Positions 13,990 to 25,800 of a stretch of 64,000 nt of DNA are shown piece after piece. The notes beneath the pieces are model-generated. The model was not told the DNA's origin. It saw nothing but the letters and a program-made list of their open reading frames with translations, and did no database searches. The number at the start of each line of letters is the position of its first letter. The stretch's first letter is position 1. Source of the DNA: Lepidodermella squamata (Eukaryota; Animalia; Gastrotricha); contig JBLDXI010000045.1 of the NCBI GenBank assembly GCA_047495785.1, positions 124,001-188,000 on the forward strand, given 5' to 3'. The translations under genes and the position numbers were made by a program.

Positions 13990-15093
13990 ATGCAACCTGA
14001 GCAGCTTCGCATTCTCCGAGACGCTAGACTCTTACAGGTTTGTCATTTACGATGACATTTTTCTAGCATGCGTTTCATCGTCATTGATAGGGTGAACTAC
14101 GTTGGGCATGTGCCATATTGAAAAATGGTCGATTAGACAGTTCACGCTTATTCATGGACGTCAGTATTCTTGCAAGATTTATTCAAATTCTCTCCGGCCA
14201 AGAGATGCCCCATAGTCTTTACTTCGATCGATCGATACCTCCCGTTACTGCGATGCGGAATATTCTGAACTCTTTGCATCGCTTTGGAATCCGGACGACA
14301 GACATAAACCCTGTCAATCTCATTAGCGGCACCGACAACGATCGCTACAAACTGTTGTGTAGACTTCATGAGCGCTTTGATGCTTCGACCATTCGCAGAG
14401 ATATTGGCCCGTTGACGATCGATACTTCAGTGACTGAAGCACATGGCCAATCCAGCATATTCAGTCAGTCTCGACTTTCTACGACCAATAATCCCGCTGC
14501 CAGTTTGCTAGCTGCGGAACTGCGCGCATCTAGGACGGAAGAAATAAAAAGTAGACCATTAGCTAGTAAGCTTAAGGCTACATGCATTCATGATGCCAAG
14601 TTAATTTCTATGGTTTTAATTTAGATTGTCGGTTTTCCGCTTCAATTTCTCACCAGCTCAACGATGTGAATAAGTTGTGTGGTAACATGCCTGTCGCCAC
14701 TGAGTCGCCCGGAAACAGGTTGACGTCTGCGTCTCGCAGCTGCAGTATGGATTTTCTTTCTCACATATCACTCCAGCTTGGGTAAGAGTTAAGACGTTAA
14801 CCCATATACACTAGAATCATGTATGACATTGTTCACTTAGATCTGTTAATACAACGCTCACCAGAATTGACTCAAAACTCGGCATTATCGCTAGTAAGAT
14901 GGATTTAACTGCCATCGAACAAGGCGCACCCCGAATGACCTACTCGCGCGGAGGATTTTTTCGGCGTTTCTTTGCAAAAATGGGATGTTTTCGCTTTGAC
15001 GTGCGCTCAAAGTCGAAAAGCGTACCAAGTGACCGCACCAAGAGCGCTGCTTCCACGTTTAATTCGAGTAGCCTTTTTGCGACATCAGTATGA
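13990..15093 (+). CDS. Uncharacterised protein with an N-terminal calponin-homology-like domain (4 exons)
   Basis: Spliced frame MQPEQLRILRDARLLQ|GELRWACAIL...LFMDVSILARFIQILSG...INPVNLISG...LLCRL joins in phase to ORF 14899-15093. The motif spacing is CH-like; the assignment is inference. Confidence 0.55.
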
Positions 15094-15455
15094 ATGGACA
15101 CTCCACTTCCTTTAATCTTTGCTGTTGACGAAATTCCATTTGATTGATGCCTAATTCGCATAATTTTTACTCTTTTATCCTTTGCTTTACAAAACCCATC
15201 GGTGGAGGTGCTAAATACCGAAGATTTGTTGTAATCTCCTGTTTTGTTTATTGTTTTTACACCTTTGCTCAAATCTACGAAATGCTTCCAGCTATCGAAT
15301 TCTAGTCTTGAATTTTGACTCGACTGCCAACGAACCGCTTCAACCAATTGTTTTGCTTTCATTTATTATCTACTTGACAGTTTCTTTGAACAAGGAACTT
15401 GAATGAAGAGTTTTAGATATAACGATTTTCTTTTATTTTGATAGAATGAAATTTT

Positions 15456-17143
15456 ATGGCTTCTACTGAACCCCAGACACCATTGCTACTAGCTGGCGAC
15501 AATCGGAGCTACCAAACAACCGACGATCAATCAGCTGGAAATATGGTAAAATAGCGGATTGTTTTAATAATGCCAAATAATATTAGTTTTAATTTTAGAG
15601 CGCAAGTACGTTAACTACAAATGACTCGCAAACTCGATTGACTGCCGATGCTGATGAATCAGCGGCTGAAACACGCGGTCCGACTCGTCGGCGACGAAAT
15701 CCTCGAAATGGCGACGCTGCTTCAGCTGCACCAGGGGCTCAACCTGGCGCTAACTCAAATCCTGACCATCATGAACCGACGGAAGAGGAGTTGCAAGATA
15801 TGTCGGTCGAAGAGCTAAAATACGGCGCCAAACATTTCATAAAGCTATTTCCGCCAATTACTATCTGCATGATCTTGACGATTATTCTATTGAAAATCGC
15901 TCCGCAGCCGGCTTCAGGTGGCACTTCAGCTGGGGTTGTGTTGTTTGCTGAAAGTTCATCTGGCAGCTGGGAGGACAATTTAGTCGCTGCGTTGAAGAAC
16001 GTGGGCATCGTTGTCACAGCCTTCGTTATCATGACCGTTCTGCTGGTTGTCCTGTACAAATATCGTTGTTATTGTGTATGTTTATTACAAATCGCCCACA
16101 TTTGTTTGATAAAATTTATTATTCTTTCAGATCTTGAAGGCGTGGTTTTCCTTCGCGATTTTCCTCATTTTCTTCTTCTTGTTCACAATAACGATCATCA
16201 CAATCTTGGTTCAAATGGACGTCGCCTTGGATTTTATTTCAGTTTTTATTTTCGTTTGGAACATTGGCGTCCTCGGTGTCATGTCGATTTTGTGGCAGGC
16301 CCCACTGCCTGTCCGCCAAACCTACCACATTCTGGTCTGCTCTCTGATTTCATTTACCCTGGTGCGAATGCTGCCCTCCGTCACCACCTGGATCTTATTA
16401 GCAGCTCTTGTCGTTTGGGACTTGATTGCTGTTCTCACGCCGTGTGGACCCCTCAAAAAACTGATTGAAATCGCCCAATCGCGAAATGAGCAAGAGTCTG
16501 GCGTTTTTAATTCTATTATCTACTCCAGTGCGTGATTTTGTGTGGTTATTAAGGAGGACTTCTTAAAAAATTTTATTATTACAGCTGCGATTGCCTACGG
16601 GTCAGTTGGCACAGGGGATGATGGCGTTGCAGAAACCGGTGGAAACCAACCGCAACCACCTCCTACCCAGCCTGTCCCGCAAGGGCCTGGTCTTCCTAGA
16701 GCCGGCGTCCCCGATCGAGCCAGAGAAGTGCAGGCCGCTTTGAACGGCTCGGACGACCCGTTGTATAACCGTAATAACCACTCATCGCCGCAAGGGTCTC
16801 AACACTCCGAAGACGAGCGTGGCGTTAAACTTGGTCTCGGTGATTTCGTCTTCTACAGCGTTCTTATTGCTCGCGCCACCGAAGATTCAGCTGATTGGAA
16901 TACAACCATGGCGTGTTTTCTCGCGATCCTAGTGGTAAATTGATTTTCAAGGAAAGTTGAATCGATATGCATTGATGAATTATTCAGGGTTTGTGTTTCA
17001 CGCTGATCTTACTTGCCATTTGGAAGCATGCCTTACCAGCTCTTCCGATATCGCTCACATTCGGCCTGATTTTCTATTTCGGTACCAGCAATATAATTTC
17101 GCCGTTCACCGACAGTCTCGCCGTGAACATGCTTGTCATATAG
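15456..17143 (+). CDS. PSEN: Presenilin (gamma-secretase catalytic subunit)
   Basis: Exons 15456-15545, 15599-16075, 16131-16527, 16585-16934, 16988-17143 splice in frame. Motifs [36 protein letters not shown] and HALPALPIS; both catalytic Asp and the PAL motif are intact. Confidence 0.96.
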
Positions 17144-17386
17144 CGATAGCTTTTTCTACAAACGGATCCAAAGATATTGCCGGCTTTCGATGTTTCATAT
17201 TATATTATAAATACTATTCCAAGCTGTTTTTCAACTGGTGTTTCTGTAATTTTGTCCTTCTGAAGGGCTGTGAAAAAAACCGACTTCATTTCCGCTTGCT
17301 AGCCGTGTATTCTATGAATATTGTTCTTATTTGGAAGAAAAATGGACGTGATTTCAACTATTAATTTTACCCTTCTTTTCCTTTAG

Positions 17387-18135
17387 ATGGGCAAGCCATA
17401 TTGCGCCTCCGTTGTTTTAGTAACTTTGTTCGCGCTTCTTGCGCCTGTGACCTCGCTCATTTTCTTTCTCGAACCAAATACTGAGAAATGCCTGCGCGAC
17501 GAGGTTCACAAAGACGTCCTCATCACTGGTGATTACGCTGTTCTCGGCGATCCCGTCGGCCATGTTATCAGCGTCCGGGTACTTGACAGCCGTCAGCAGG
17601 TCCTCCACAAAAAGGACAACGTTCAAAAGCAAAAGGGCAAATTTACCTCAACTGTAGACCAGTTTGACGTCCTCCAAATTTGCTTTAAAAGCACCGTTGC
17701 TCATGGTAATTTTGAATGCCATCAAATTGCGTCATATGATGAACGGCTATATTTTTAGATACTGGGAACATCATTGCCGCTGAAATCTCGCTGGATTTGA
17801 AGCATGGTATCGAGACCAAGGCCTATGAACAAATCGCCGAGGCCGAAAAGCTGAAGCCTATGGAGGTTGAGCTGAAGAAATTGGAAGATTTGGCCGAGTC
17901 TATTGTTAAGGATTTCATGAACATGAAAGCGGCGGAGGAAGAGATGCGCGACACTAATGGTATGAAAATTTCTATTCAAAATCTATAAATTATTTATTAA
18001 ATATTTTTTCCAGAGTCTACGCATTCCCGAGTGTTGTATTTTAGCTTGTTCTCCGTGTTTTGCCTTCTTGGTCTCGCCTGCTGGCAAGTCCTGTATCTCC
18101 GCCAATATTTCAAGAGACAGAAGCTGATCGACTAA
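17387..18135 (+). CDS. TMED10: p24 family GOLD-domain cargo receptor, TMP21/p24-delta type
   Basis: Exons 17387-17705, 17759-17959, 18014-18135. Signal peptide, [48 protein letters not shown]-terminus [13 protein letters not shown]. Confidence 0.95.
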
Positions 18136-18931
18136 ACCAGCTGGATGCATCCATGGAACTAGATCACTGCTGCAGAATAGGAGTACAAATTATTGTAATA
18201 ACAACAATTATTACTGAAAACCATAATAATATTATATTATTAAGTGGCATTTTGTTCAACTATCACAAACTGATATAAATTTCGGGAGAATAAAGTAATG
18301 TTCGAGTGCCTCTGGTTCTATCTGTCTGTCGCTTTCCTACCCTCAAATGGGCCTTTGCAATCTTTGATGGATGCGTTTAAATTGAAAAAACAAGCAGGAA
18401 TTCGCGGTATGGTTGTGCTTAAACTATTATTCAACGTTGTGATCTTCATTCCGCTATTCCTTATTATTCATCGCATGAATATGATTGAGCATTGCGTCAT
18501 ATATAGCTCGCACCAAAAGTCATTATCCGAACCCTATAAATATAAGCGTGCCGTTTCACTATAGGCCCAAATCCACACTTTTATCTCGGTTGACTTATAT
18601 AGGAACTTTGCGTCTTGATAAAGGCGATTTATGAGCTCATTATTTCTGTATTTATGACGGTCTGACTTGTTGTTTTGGCGGTGTGGGAATCCGACGACTC
18701 ATAACATTACGATTATTATTATTCATGATATCTAATATTTACCGGTATTGTGAAACATTACCTGTCTCTAGGCGCTATTATTGTAATTATTATCTTATTC
18801 GTGAAATTTATGCTATTTGGGCGTGAAATGCGAGAGAGCTTCAAGTGAGAAGTGAGAAATAAAATTCAACTTTTGAACAAACCGTATTTTGTTTGTATTT
18901 TAGAAATTATTCTTATGACACTGAAAACCGC

Positions 18932-20594
18932 ATGATTACCAAGTTTTTGGCCTCACTTGTGATAAGCCGCTGTTTTGCCTCGAAAGCTAACCGCATTCCG
19001 CCTGTTTTTGATAAAATCGTAAAATTGACCCGTGGGAATCTAAAAATGATCAAGGTCGAACCAGATAAGTGGCAGTCAATTGTAACCCCCGAGGTTTCGC
19101 ACCTGTCTGACCTGTTCGCGAAATACGGCTTTCAAATCAGGATAGCCGGCGGGGCAGTGCGAGACATTTTGCAAGGAAAAATTCCAGAGGATGTTGATTT
19201 CGCCACAAATGCCTTACCTGATGAAATGAAGGACATGTTTACGAAGGAAAATATTCGAATGCTCAACTTGAAGGGCGAGAAGCATGGAACAGTTACCGTA
19301 AGGCTGAATGATAAGGAAAATTTCGAGGTCACTACGCTTCGAATTGACGTGAAAACCGACGGTCGCCATGCGGAAGTCGAATTCACGAAAGACTGGGCCC
19401 TCGATGCTGGGCGCCGGGATCTCACCGTTAATGCAATGTTTTTAGGTACCTGCAGTAAATTTATTTACCTCAGAGAGTGAAACCTTATTTTTCTATTAAA
19501 GAACTCGACGGTACATTGCATGACTATTTCGGTGGCATGGAGGACCTTGCGGCGCGGCGGGTTCGATTCGTTGGCAACCCGGTTGATCGAATCCAGGAAG
19601 ATTACCTGAGAATTCTCCGCTATTTCAGGTAAAATTCTCGTCACGTGACAAATCTTTTCAACTAGGTTTTTTTTGCAGGTTTTACTCGAGAATCGCTGAA
19701 AGTCCCAACAGCCATGATAGCGATACGTTGAAGGCAATTCAAGACAACGCTCAGGGCTTATCAAGTAAATTCTGTTGCCTTCATTTATTTATTTTATTAT
19801 CGTTTTTAATTTCAGGAATATCTGGTGAAAGAATCTGGACTGAGCTTCGCAAGTTTGTCAATGCGAGATACGGCCCTGAATTGATTGATCTGATGTTCAA
19901 ACTCAACCTTGGGCCACCCATGGGTATTCAATTTAATTAAATTTAACGATTTAGCTATCAAATTATGTCGTCGCAGGGTTTCCCGAGAGCGCCCATAACA
20001 GAACGTCCCTGGCCAGTAAAGTTTACGCTAATTCGATCAAATACAAGCCAGAGCCTGTCACAATATTAAGCGCTCTTCTCGAAAACGACCAAGAGGTTGA
20101 TTAGAGATGATATGCCAATTGCATCATTTTTTTACATAATTTCATAGGCAAAATTGTTGAATCAGCGGTTGAAGCTTTCAAACGATGAATTGGGGACAAT
20201 TATGCTGATTATCAAATTCCGTCCCAATGTTGAAGATGGTAAACCTATAGAATGGTATAAGCGCCTCATCGCCGAACTGTACCATGTTGATCCTCGTTGC
20301 CGCGGTGATCAGGCTAAAATGCGAGTTGCGGAGCTTGCGAAATATTGTGGCAATGGTGATCTATCTTCAGAAATAATCGACTGGGCCATTCCTGCTTTCC
20401 CGGTCGAAGGTTACGATCTAATGAATATGGGAGTTCCTAAGGGCAAGCAGTTCGGCATTTTAGTCAATGATTTGAAAATGCAATGGATCAAGAGTGATTT
20501 TACTCTTACCCGTGATGAACTTTTGCAAATAGTGAAACAATTTGTTGATGATAATAGCCCGAGCAAAGACCGCTCTCCTATTGCTAAGCCTTAA
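18932..20594 (+). CDS. TRNT1: CCA tRNA nucleotidyltransferase 1 (multi-exon)
   Basis: Class II CCA-enzyme motifs RIAGGAVRD...[39 protein letters not shown] and ISGERIWTE, split by about 50-nt introns. Confidence 0.95.
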
Positions 20595-20696
20595 CGTTAT
20601 TTTAAACGCGGTGATATTTTGGTTTGCCGTATTTTCAGCTGAATAAAAAGACATTTAGTTTCAAATAACGTTTTTATTCAATTAATTGCAAAATAT

Positions 20697-21602
20697 TTAA
20701 AATTTTGAAAGATCCATTGTCATATAGTCATCAACTTCATCGTCCGCTTTTGATATCGATATAGCATCCGGCTCATCATTTACGACTAGATTTATATCTT
20801 CCGAATCAAAATAAGCATCCTCCTGATCCTGCTGCATGGCTTCACTAATTTTTGCTGGGTCAGGCCTGAAAAAAATAAACGTGATATAAATCAAACAATG
20901 GGATAAACAAACAAACAGCAGATCGCCAGGATTATCGTCTTTTCCGCTGAGAAATCTTTCCTCCATTTGAGACACAAATTCCCTGGTGAGAATCTCTTTT
21001 TCAGCGGCTGAACATTTTGGCCCATTGAATGCCATTTCAGTATCTTCATCGTCTTCGTCGAATTCTTCGACGCCTTGTGTATCGTTCAGTACTCGACCTG
21101 CCTCGCCCTCCCTTTCCAACATGTTGTTGAATAGATCAGCCGTACGTAGATGATCGATTTGGCCCAGAAGCATTTGAGATGCTGTATTGTATGTATTATA
21201 TTCTTGCCGAGCAAGTTTGTTTACGTCTTCCTCAGTCAGATATTGACCAACCAATTCATCATAAAGCACCGGATTGCGAGTTTTCATTTCGCCCAACGTA
21301 AAGTAGTTCCCTTCTTCAGCCATCTTTTTCATTGCGAGGAATCTTTCATTTCTGCCGATGATGTCAGCCTTTCGATTAAGGTTTCGAATTTTGCGCGAAT
21401 ATAAGAAAAATAGCCCGTCGTTATTCAACATTTTGCGAAGTTGAAGCAAATGATCGATAGACATTTCTCGCCAATAAGTTTCAACAAACAACCTCGGAGA
21501 TGTTGCCAACATTTCTACAGCGGATTGAGAAGAATTAGATTGAATCTCCCGCTGAGAGATCTCCGTGGCTAAGAGCCTGAGAGAACACTCTTCATCTGTC
21601 AT
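20697..21602 (-). CDS. CCDC97: Coiled-coil domain-containing protein 97-like
   Basis: RNERFLAM...GNYFTLGEMKTRNPVLYDELVGQYLT, EFVSQMEERFLSGKD and QDQEDAYFDSE match CCDC97/DUF2052. A probable in-frame 51-nt intron lies near 20866-20916. Confidence 0.85.
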   Translation of the reverse strand: MTDEECSLRLLATEISQREIQSNSSQSAVEMLATSPRLFVETYWREMSIDHLLQLRKMLNNDGLFFLYSRKIRNLNRKADIIGRNERFLAMKKMAEEGNYFTLGEMKTRNPVLYDELVGQYLTEEDVNKLARQEYNTYNTASQMLLGQIDHLRTADLFNNMLEREGEAGRVLNDTQGVEEFDEDDEDTEMAFNGPKCSAAEKEILTREFVSQMEERFLSGKDDNPGDLLFVCLSHCLIYITFIFFRPDPAKISEAMQQDQEDAYFDSEDINLVVNDEPDAISISKADDEVDDYMTMDLSKF

Positions 21603-21684
21603 TTTTCATTATCTAAAACCAGCCTAAAATTTGCAAAGCTGTACATATAATCGAATTGTCATGATGAATTTGAAATTTAAATAA

Positions 21685-22479
21685 TCAATGGCTTTGAATA
21701 CTAGCGCACAAGGATCGAACTATATCAGCACTAGTTTCTGTGCAAGCGCCAAATGAGGCCATTAACCTCTGATCAATGCTAACAGAGTCGACTGATTTAG
21801 ATGAAGTCTTACAGGATGAATGGATTTCAAGGCATTTTGTTTGTTCAATGATTGAAGCCGCATTGTCACAGTTCACACCGCTGCCGGGCATAATGAGCAC
21901 ACCAAGCTTTTTGACAGCTACGTGTTGTGATATAGCTTTAATAACATCACATCCATCTTTCGCATTCAACTGGCCGCCGCTTGTTAGTATCCTGGCAAAA
22001 CCAAGTTCAGCAATATCTTGAACAAGCTTGAAAGAATAATTTAAATTCCAGCTATGCTTGGCCAAGCTGTAATCGAACGCTCGATGGAAAGTAACCGGGA
22101 ATGGCGCACAGATTTGCAAGAGCTGCTTACAAGCAGTTACATCGAGTTCACCCGAAAGAGTGAGAACGCCAAATACAAAACCATTGATGCCATCAATTTT
22201 TTTAAAGTCTTCGATATCGGCAATCATCGACTGCAACTCGGCCGATGAATATGAAAAGTCCCCAACTCGGGGTCTTATCATCACAAAAATATCTGTTCTA
22301 CCATGCCCGGAACTGTTTTGCCGCAGTTCGCAAACAGCTTGAATAAACCCAGCCGTTGGTGTCAAGCCACCAACCGCCAATGCAGAGCACAGTTCAAGCC
22401 TCCCGGCACCACCCAAAATTGCAGATTTAGCACTAGATAAGCAGTCAACAGGTACCTCTAGCAAAACTTGGCTAGGCAT
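21685..22479 (-). CDS. CUTC: Copper homeostasis protein CutC homolog
   Basis: Intronless. LLEVPVD, GAGRLELCSALAVGGLTPT, VMIRPRVGDFSYS, VTFHRAFD, RILTSGG, EIHSS. ATG at 22479 preferred over the upstream non-ATG ORF start. Confidence 0.95.
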   Translation of the reverse strand: MPSQVLLEVPVDCLSSAKSAILGGAGRLELCSALAVGGLTPTAGFIQAVCELRQNSSGHGRTDIFVMIRPRVGDFSYSSAELQSMIADIEDFKKIDGINGFVFGVLTLSGELDVTACKQLLQICAPFPVTFHRAFDYSLAKHSWNLNYSFKLVQDIAELGFARILTSGGQLNAKDGCDVIKAISQHVAVKKLGVLIMPGSGVNCDNAASIIEQTKCLEIHSSCKTSSKSVDSVSIDQRLMASFGACTETSADIVRSLCASIQSH

Positions 22480-22691
22480 AGCGAGTGTCGAGCGAGAAGC
22501 AGGGAGCTGAATAAGGTAGGGCGCGGAAAGTGAATATCTTTGAATGAAATGTCGCGCTGGCAAATCTCAAAATCCAAAAAAATCGCAGGAATTTCAAATA
22601 TTTTTAGCGGGCGTTCTTGACGTTGTTTATAAATTTAATATTATTTAACAAAAATTGTAAAACAAATACCCTAATATCATATTTTGTAAAC

Positions 22692-22705
22692 GTTGCTATG
22701 GCAAT
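22692..22705. promoter_or_regulatory. RFX X-box-like element upstream of CFAP61
   Basis: GTTGCTATGGCAAT is a near match to the X-box palindrome GTTGCCATGGCAAC, about 105 bp upstream of the ATG of a ciliary gene. Confidence 0.6.
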
Positions 22706-22810
22706 GGCATTCCAAACGCATCCATCTAAAATTCTGAACCTACTTCAACCTTGGATCAACATCGTTTTGCGCTTCCTGCAACAAAGAATACCGGCTTGCT
22801 TTGATTAAAC

Positions 22811-25800
22811 ATGAGTCGTGCAGGTAAAACTCCGGATGGAGCCTTTGATATCGTCATCAGACGAACAGAAGCAGGAGACGCGCCTGGAATCGAATCTATG
22901 ATAAAGCCTGAAATCGAAAACGTCTTTGGCAGAATCAACGTGCTGAAGATCATGTTTGTCCTAAAATATGTTGCTTTTTGTCTTACTATGTTTATGCTTC
23001 ATAGGGAGAGATCGCTGATATCTATATCCGTTTTGTCAACAGATGAACAAGTTCTCGCTCACGGCGATTTTTCTGATAAACCAAATCATGATATTGCATC
23101 TCAAACGGAATGGTTGGCGTGGCTCGGTCAATATTTTGACGTTCCAAAGCTTACGGCCATTAATACAGTGTTTCTGCATCTGTTCGTTTGTCAGCCAGAG
23201 TTTTCTTCCTCTCTTGCTCCCGAGCTGATTAACCACATGTTTTCGCTGATGCCTCATGTTCATTATTGCTTGTTCTTGGTTCCCAGAGGCCTATTTCCAG
23301 GTAAATATATTTTCACGCTTATGCTGACATGGAATCACCCGTAAATAATTTAGACAAAGCGATCTCTGGCTACTTTCAAGAAATACCGTTGCGGAACAAA
23401 GATGTCAAACCAGATCGAGTTGTTGTGTTTATGGCTCAGAGATCTAATCACGTACCCGTGTTGCACGTCCGCTTAGCGAAAGCTGAAGACAATGACGACT
23501 TAGCTCCGTTGTTCAATGCACAATCTGATCATTTGCGAAACACTTACGGTGACTTTTATCTTGCCGAGCTGATTGAGGCCCAAGACGAGATAATGAAGTG
23601 CATTGTTGTCGAGGTGATTAAATGATTTCAGCATGTTTTATCAAAACCTTTATTTTGACCTCCGTAGAGCGACAGCAAAGCTGTTGGATTTCTTTCTGTT
23701 ACTGGAGAAGTGGATTTGGACGGGCTTGAAACGGCTTTTCAACTTGAGCCTTTCAATTACTTGCGCAAATTATTACCCCCAAGCCCTGAAACTCCCAAGC
23801 CAAAAGAGATCGATGAAAGCCAAGAAGAGGCAGGCGAAACAGAAGTTGTTGAGGTCGAACCTCCACCAAGGCCAAAGGGCCCCTCAAATGCTATTTGCAT
23901 CCAGTTGTTTGCGATTGATGAAGCGTATGAGACGCGGTCCACCGACTTCCTACCCCGGCTGTTTGAACTTTTCCCGGATCGCGAGTATGTTGTCATAGCT
24001 GTCCCGCATCTCACTCCTGAATTTCAGCTGCTAAAGCAATTTGTGGTGAGTATTAACATGTTAAGTAATACTTGAAATATTCTTATGACTCTGATGTAAT
24101 TTGCAGCGTGTTCCTCCACACCCTACTGCCGTAGTTCCTCAGCAACTCTACGTTTTCAGCAAATATGGGCTTCTGAGGTATTTTAAAATAAATATTAAAC
24201 CGAAAATAACGGGTCACCGTCTTTGCTCAAAGAGTATTCGTTTTATTATAAAACGTGCAAATTTCTTTCACAAGCAAAAGCATCATAGTCTTTTCCACTT
24301 CATTTTACGCGGATATTACGTTTATACTGAAGATAAAGATAGCCATATCTAAAAATGGCACTTTATCATTTTTTTACACTAATTTCGAAAAGAGACGAAA
24401 GATCACTAGTGTGCGCTAATCGAACAAATATGAGGCGCTGAGAGAGAGCGAGCGATTTTTACAGAAATATACCGACTAGTTTGATACTTTATTTTCCAAG
24501 ACATTAATAATCAAATAGAGAACAATTTTTCAAAGTTTCCGTTCAAGAAATAAATCTAGCTAAGTTGCTCCCCACTGTTATCACCAACAAACATATCATC
24601 GCCGCCGTCCATATCGTCGAGATCGCCTAGCATAGCGACTAATCGGCCGAGGTATTCGGTCTGCTTGCTTTCATTAGCCACCCGTTTACGCTCGAGTTGC
24701 AGTAGTTGATTCTGCATTCTCAGCTGTTGCTCTTGCATCTTCACAATTTTCTCGAGCAGCTCAGTCTGCCGGTTACTGGCCGACGATGAGGAAGAAGATG
24801 GACCGGCGACGGGACTTTGCTCACCAGTTGTAGTTTGCTGAAGTCTTTTCACTGGCTGCGTGACAGATGGGGGATGTAGTGTCGAAGATGTCGCTGGATG
24901 AGGCGTCGCCGTTGTTGGCCGTTGCGAAGTCGAGATCACCGCTTGTTGTTGATTTTGGTGGCTGAGATTTAGCGTAGCGCTCGGGCTCGATCGATTCACA
25001 ACTTGAGGCGAATTAGGCTCACGCTTCACCTCCGGTGTGAGGGCAACGGGTTTTTGATGTGCGGTCTGAGGAGCAGGCATAGCTTTTGTCAACTCCATCG
25101 GAGTGCTTCGAGCAGTACCAGCAGCCGACGCTGGAGAACGGCCCCAGCTGCCCGTAGATGACGGCGGTTCTCTTTTCGAATAAATCGCGTGTAGCTGCTT
25201 GAAAAACGGCGCGTCAGGGAATGTTCCTGTCGACTGGAACGTCTCGAGTTGGCGCTTGTAGAACGTGTAGACGTCTCGCCACTTCTCCCTCGCCTGCGAG
25301 TCGGTTCTTTGGAAGCCCCGGGCCCTCAAGCCCTCGCCAATAGTCTCCCATAACCGCCTTCCGACTAAATTCGGGTATTTTCCGAACAACTCGATCAACG
25401 TTCGAGTTTCGTTATCATTCCATCTTTGGCCATTCCACCGTTTGTTTGGCACAGCCCCGGATGCGTTATTTCGGATAGGACCAGCCGATGACGCAACCTG
25501 GCCTGACCCACTAGCTCGACCCGGCGAGGCTGAGTTGGCGTTTGAGCGAGGTAGGGGAGGGTGGAAAGACTGACGTGAAGATTTGCCATCGGCCGATCCG
25601 CAACCTGATGACCCCATCGAGTCTTGTTGCTGGTAATCGTCGAGGGCGAGGGGCGCATCACTGCCGTCACCGCTTGTTGTCGCGGCCTCGTGGTCGTACA
25701 GCAAATCGGCGCCGGCGCCACTCATTCCAATCCCGTCATCAACACCATCGTTGCTGTGTTGTTGAAGATGTTCGTCAGGCACGTACATTTCATCCGGGTA

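Noticed and set aside
14940-15362. 140-aa minus-strand ORF
   Set aside because: Antisense to the last exon and 3' region of the CH-like gene; no recognisable motif.
21685-22479. Intronless CutC as a bacterial horizontal transfer
   Set aside because: CUTC is a normal animal gene, its composition matches neighbours, and other long intron-free stretches occur here.
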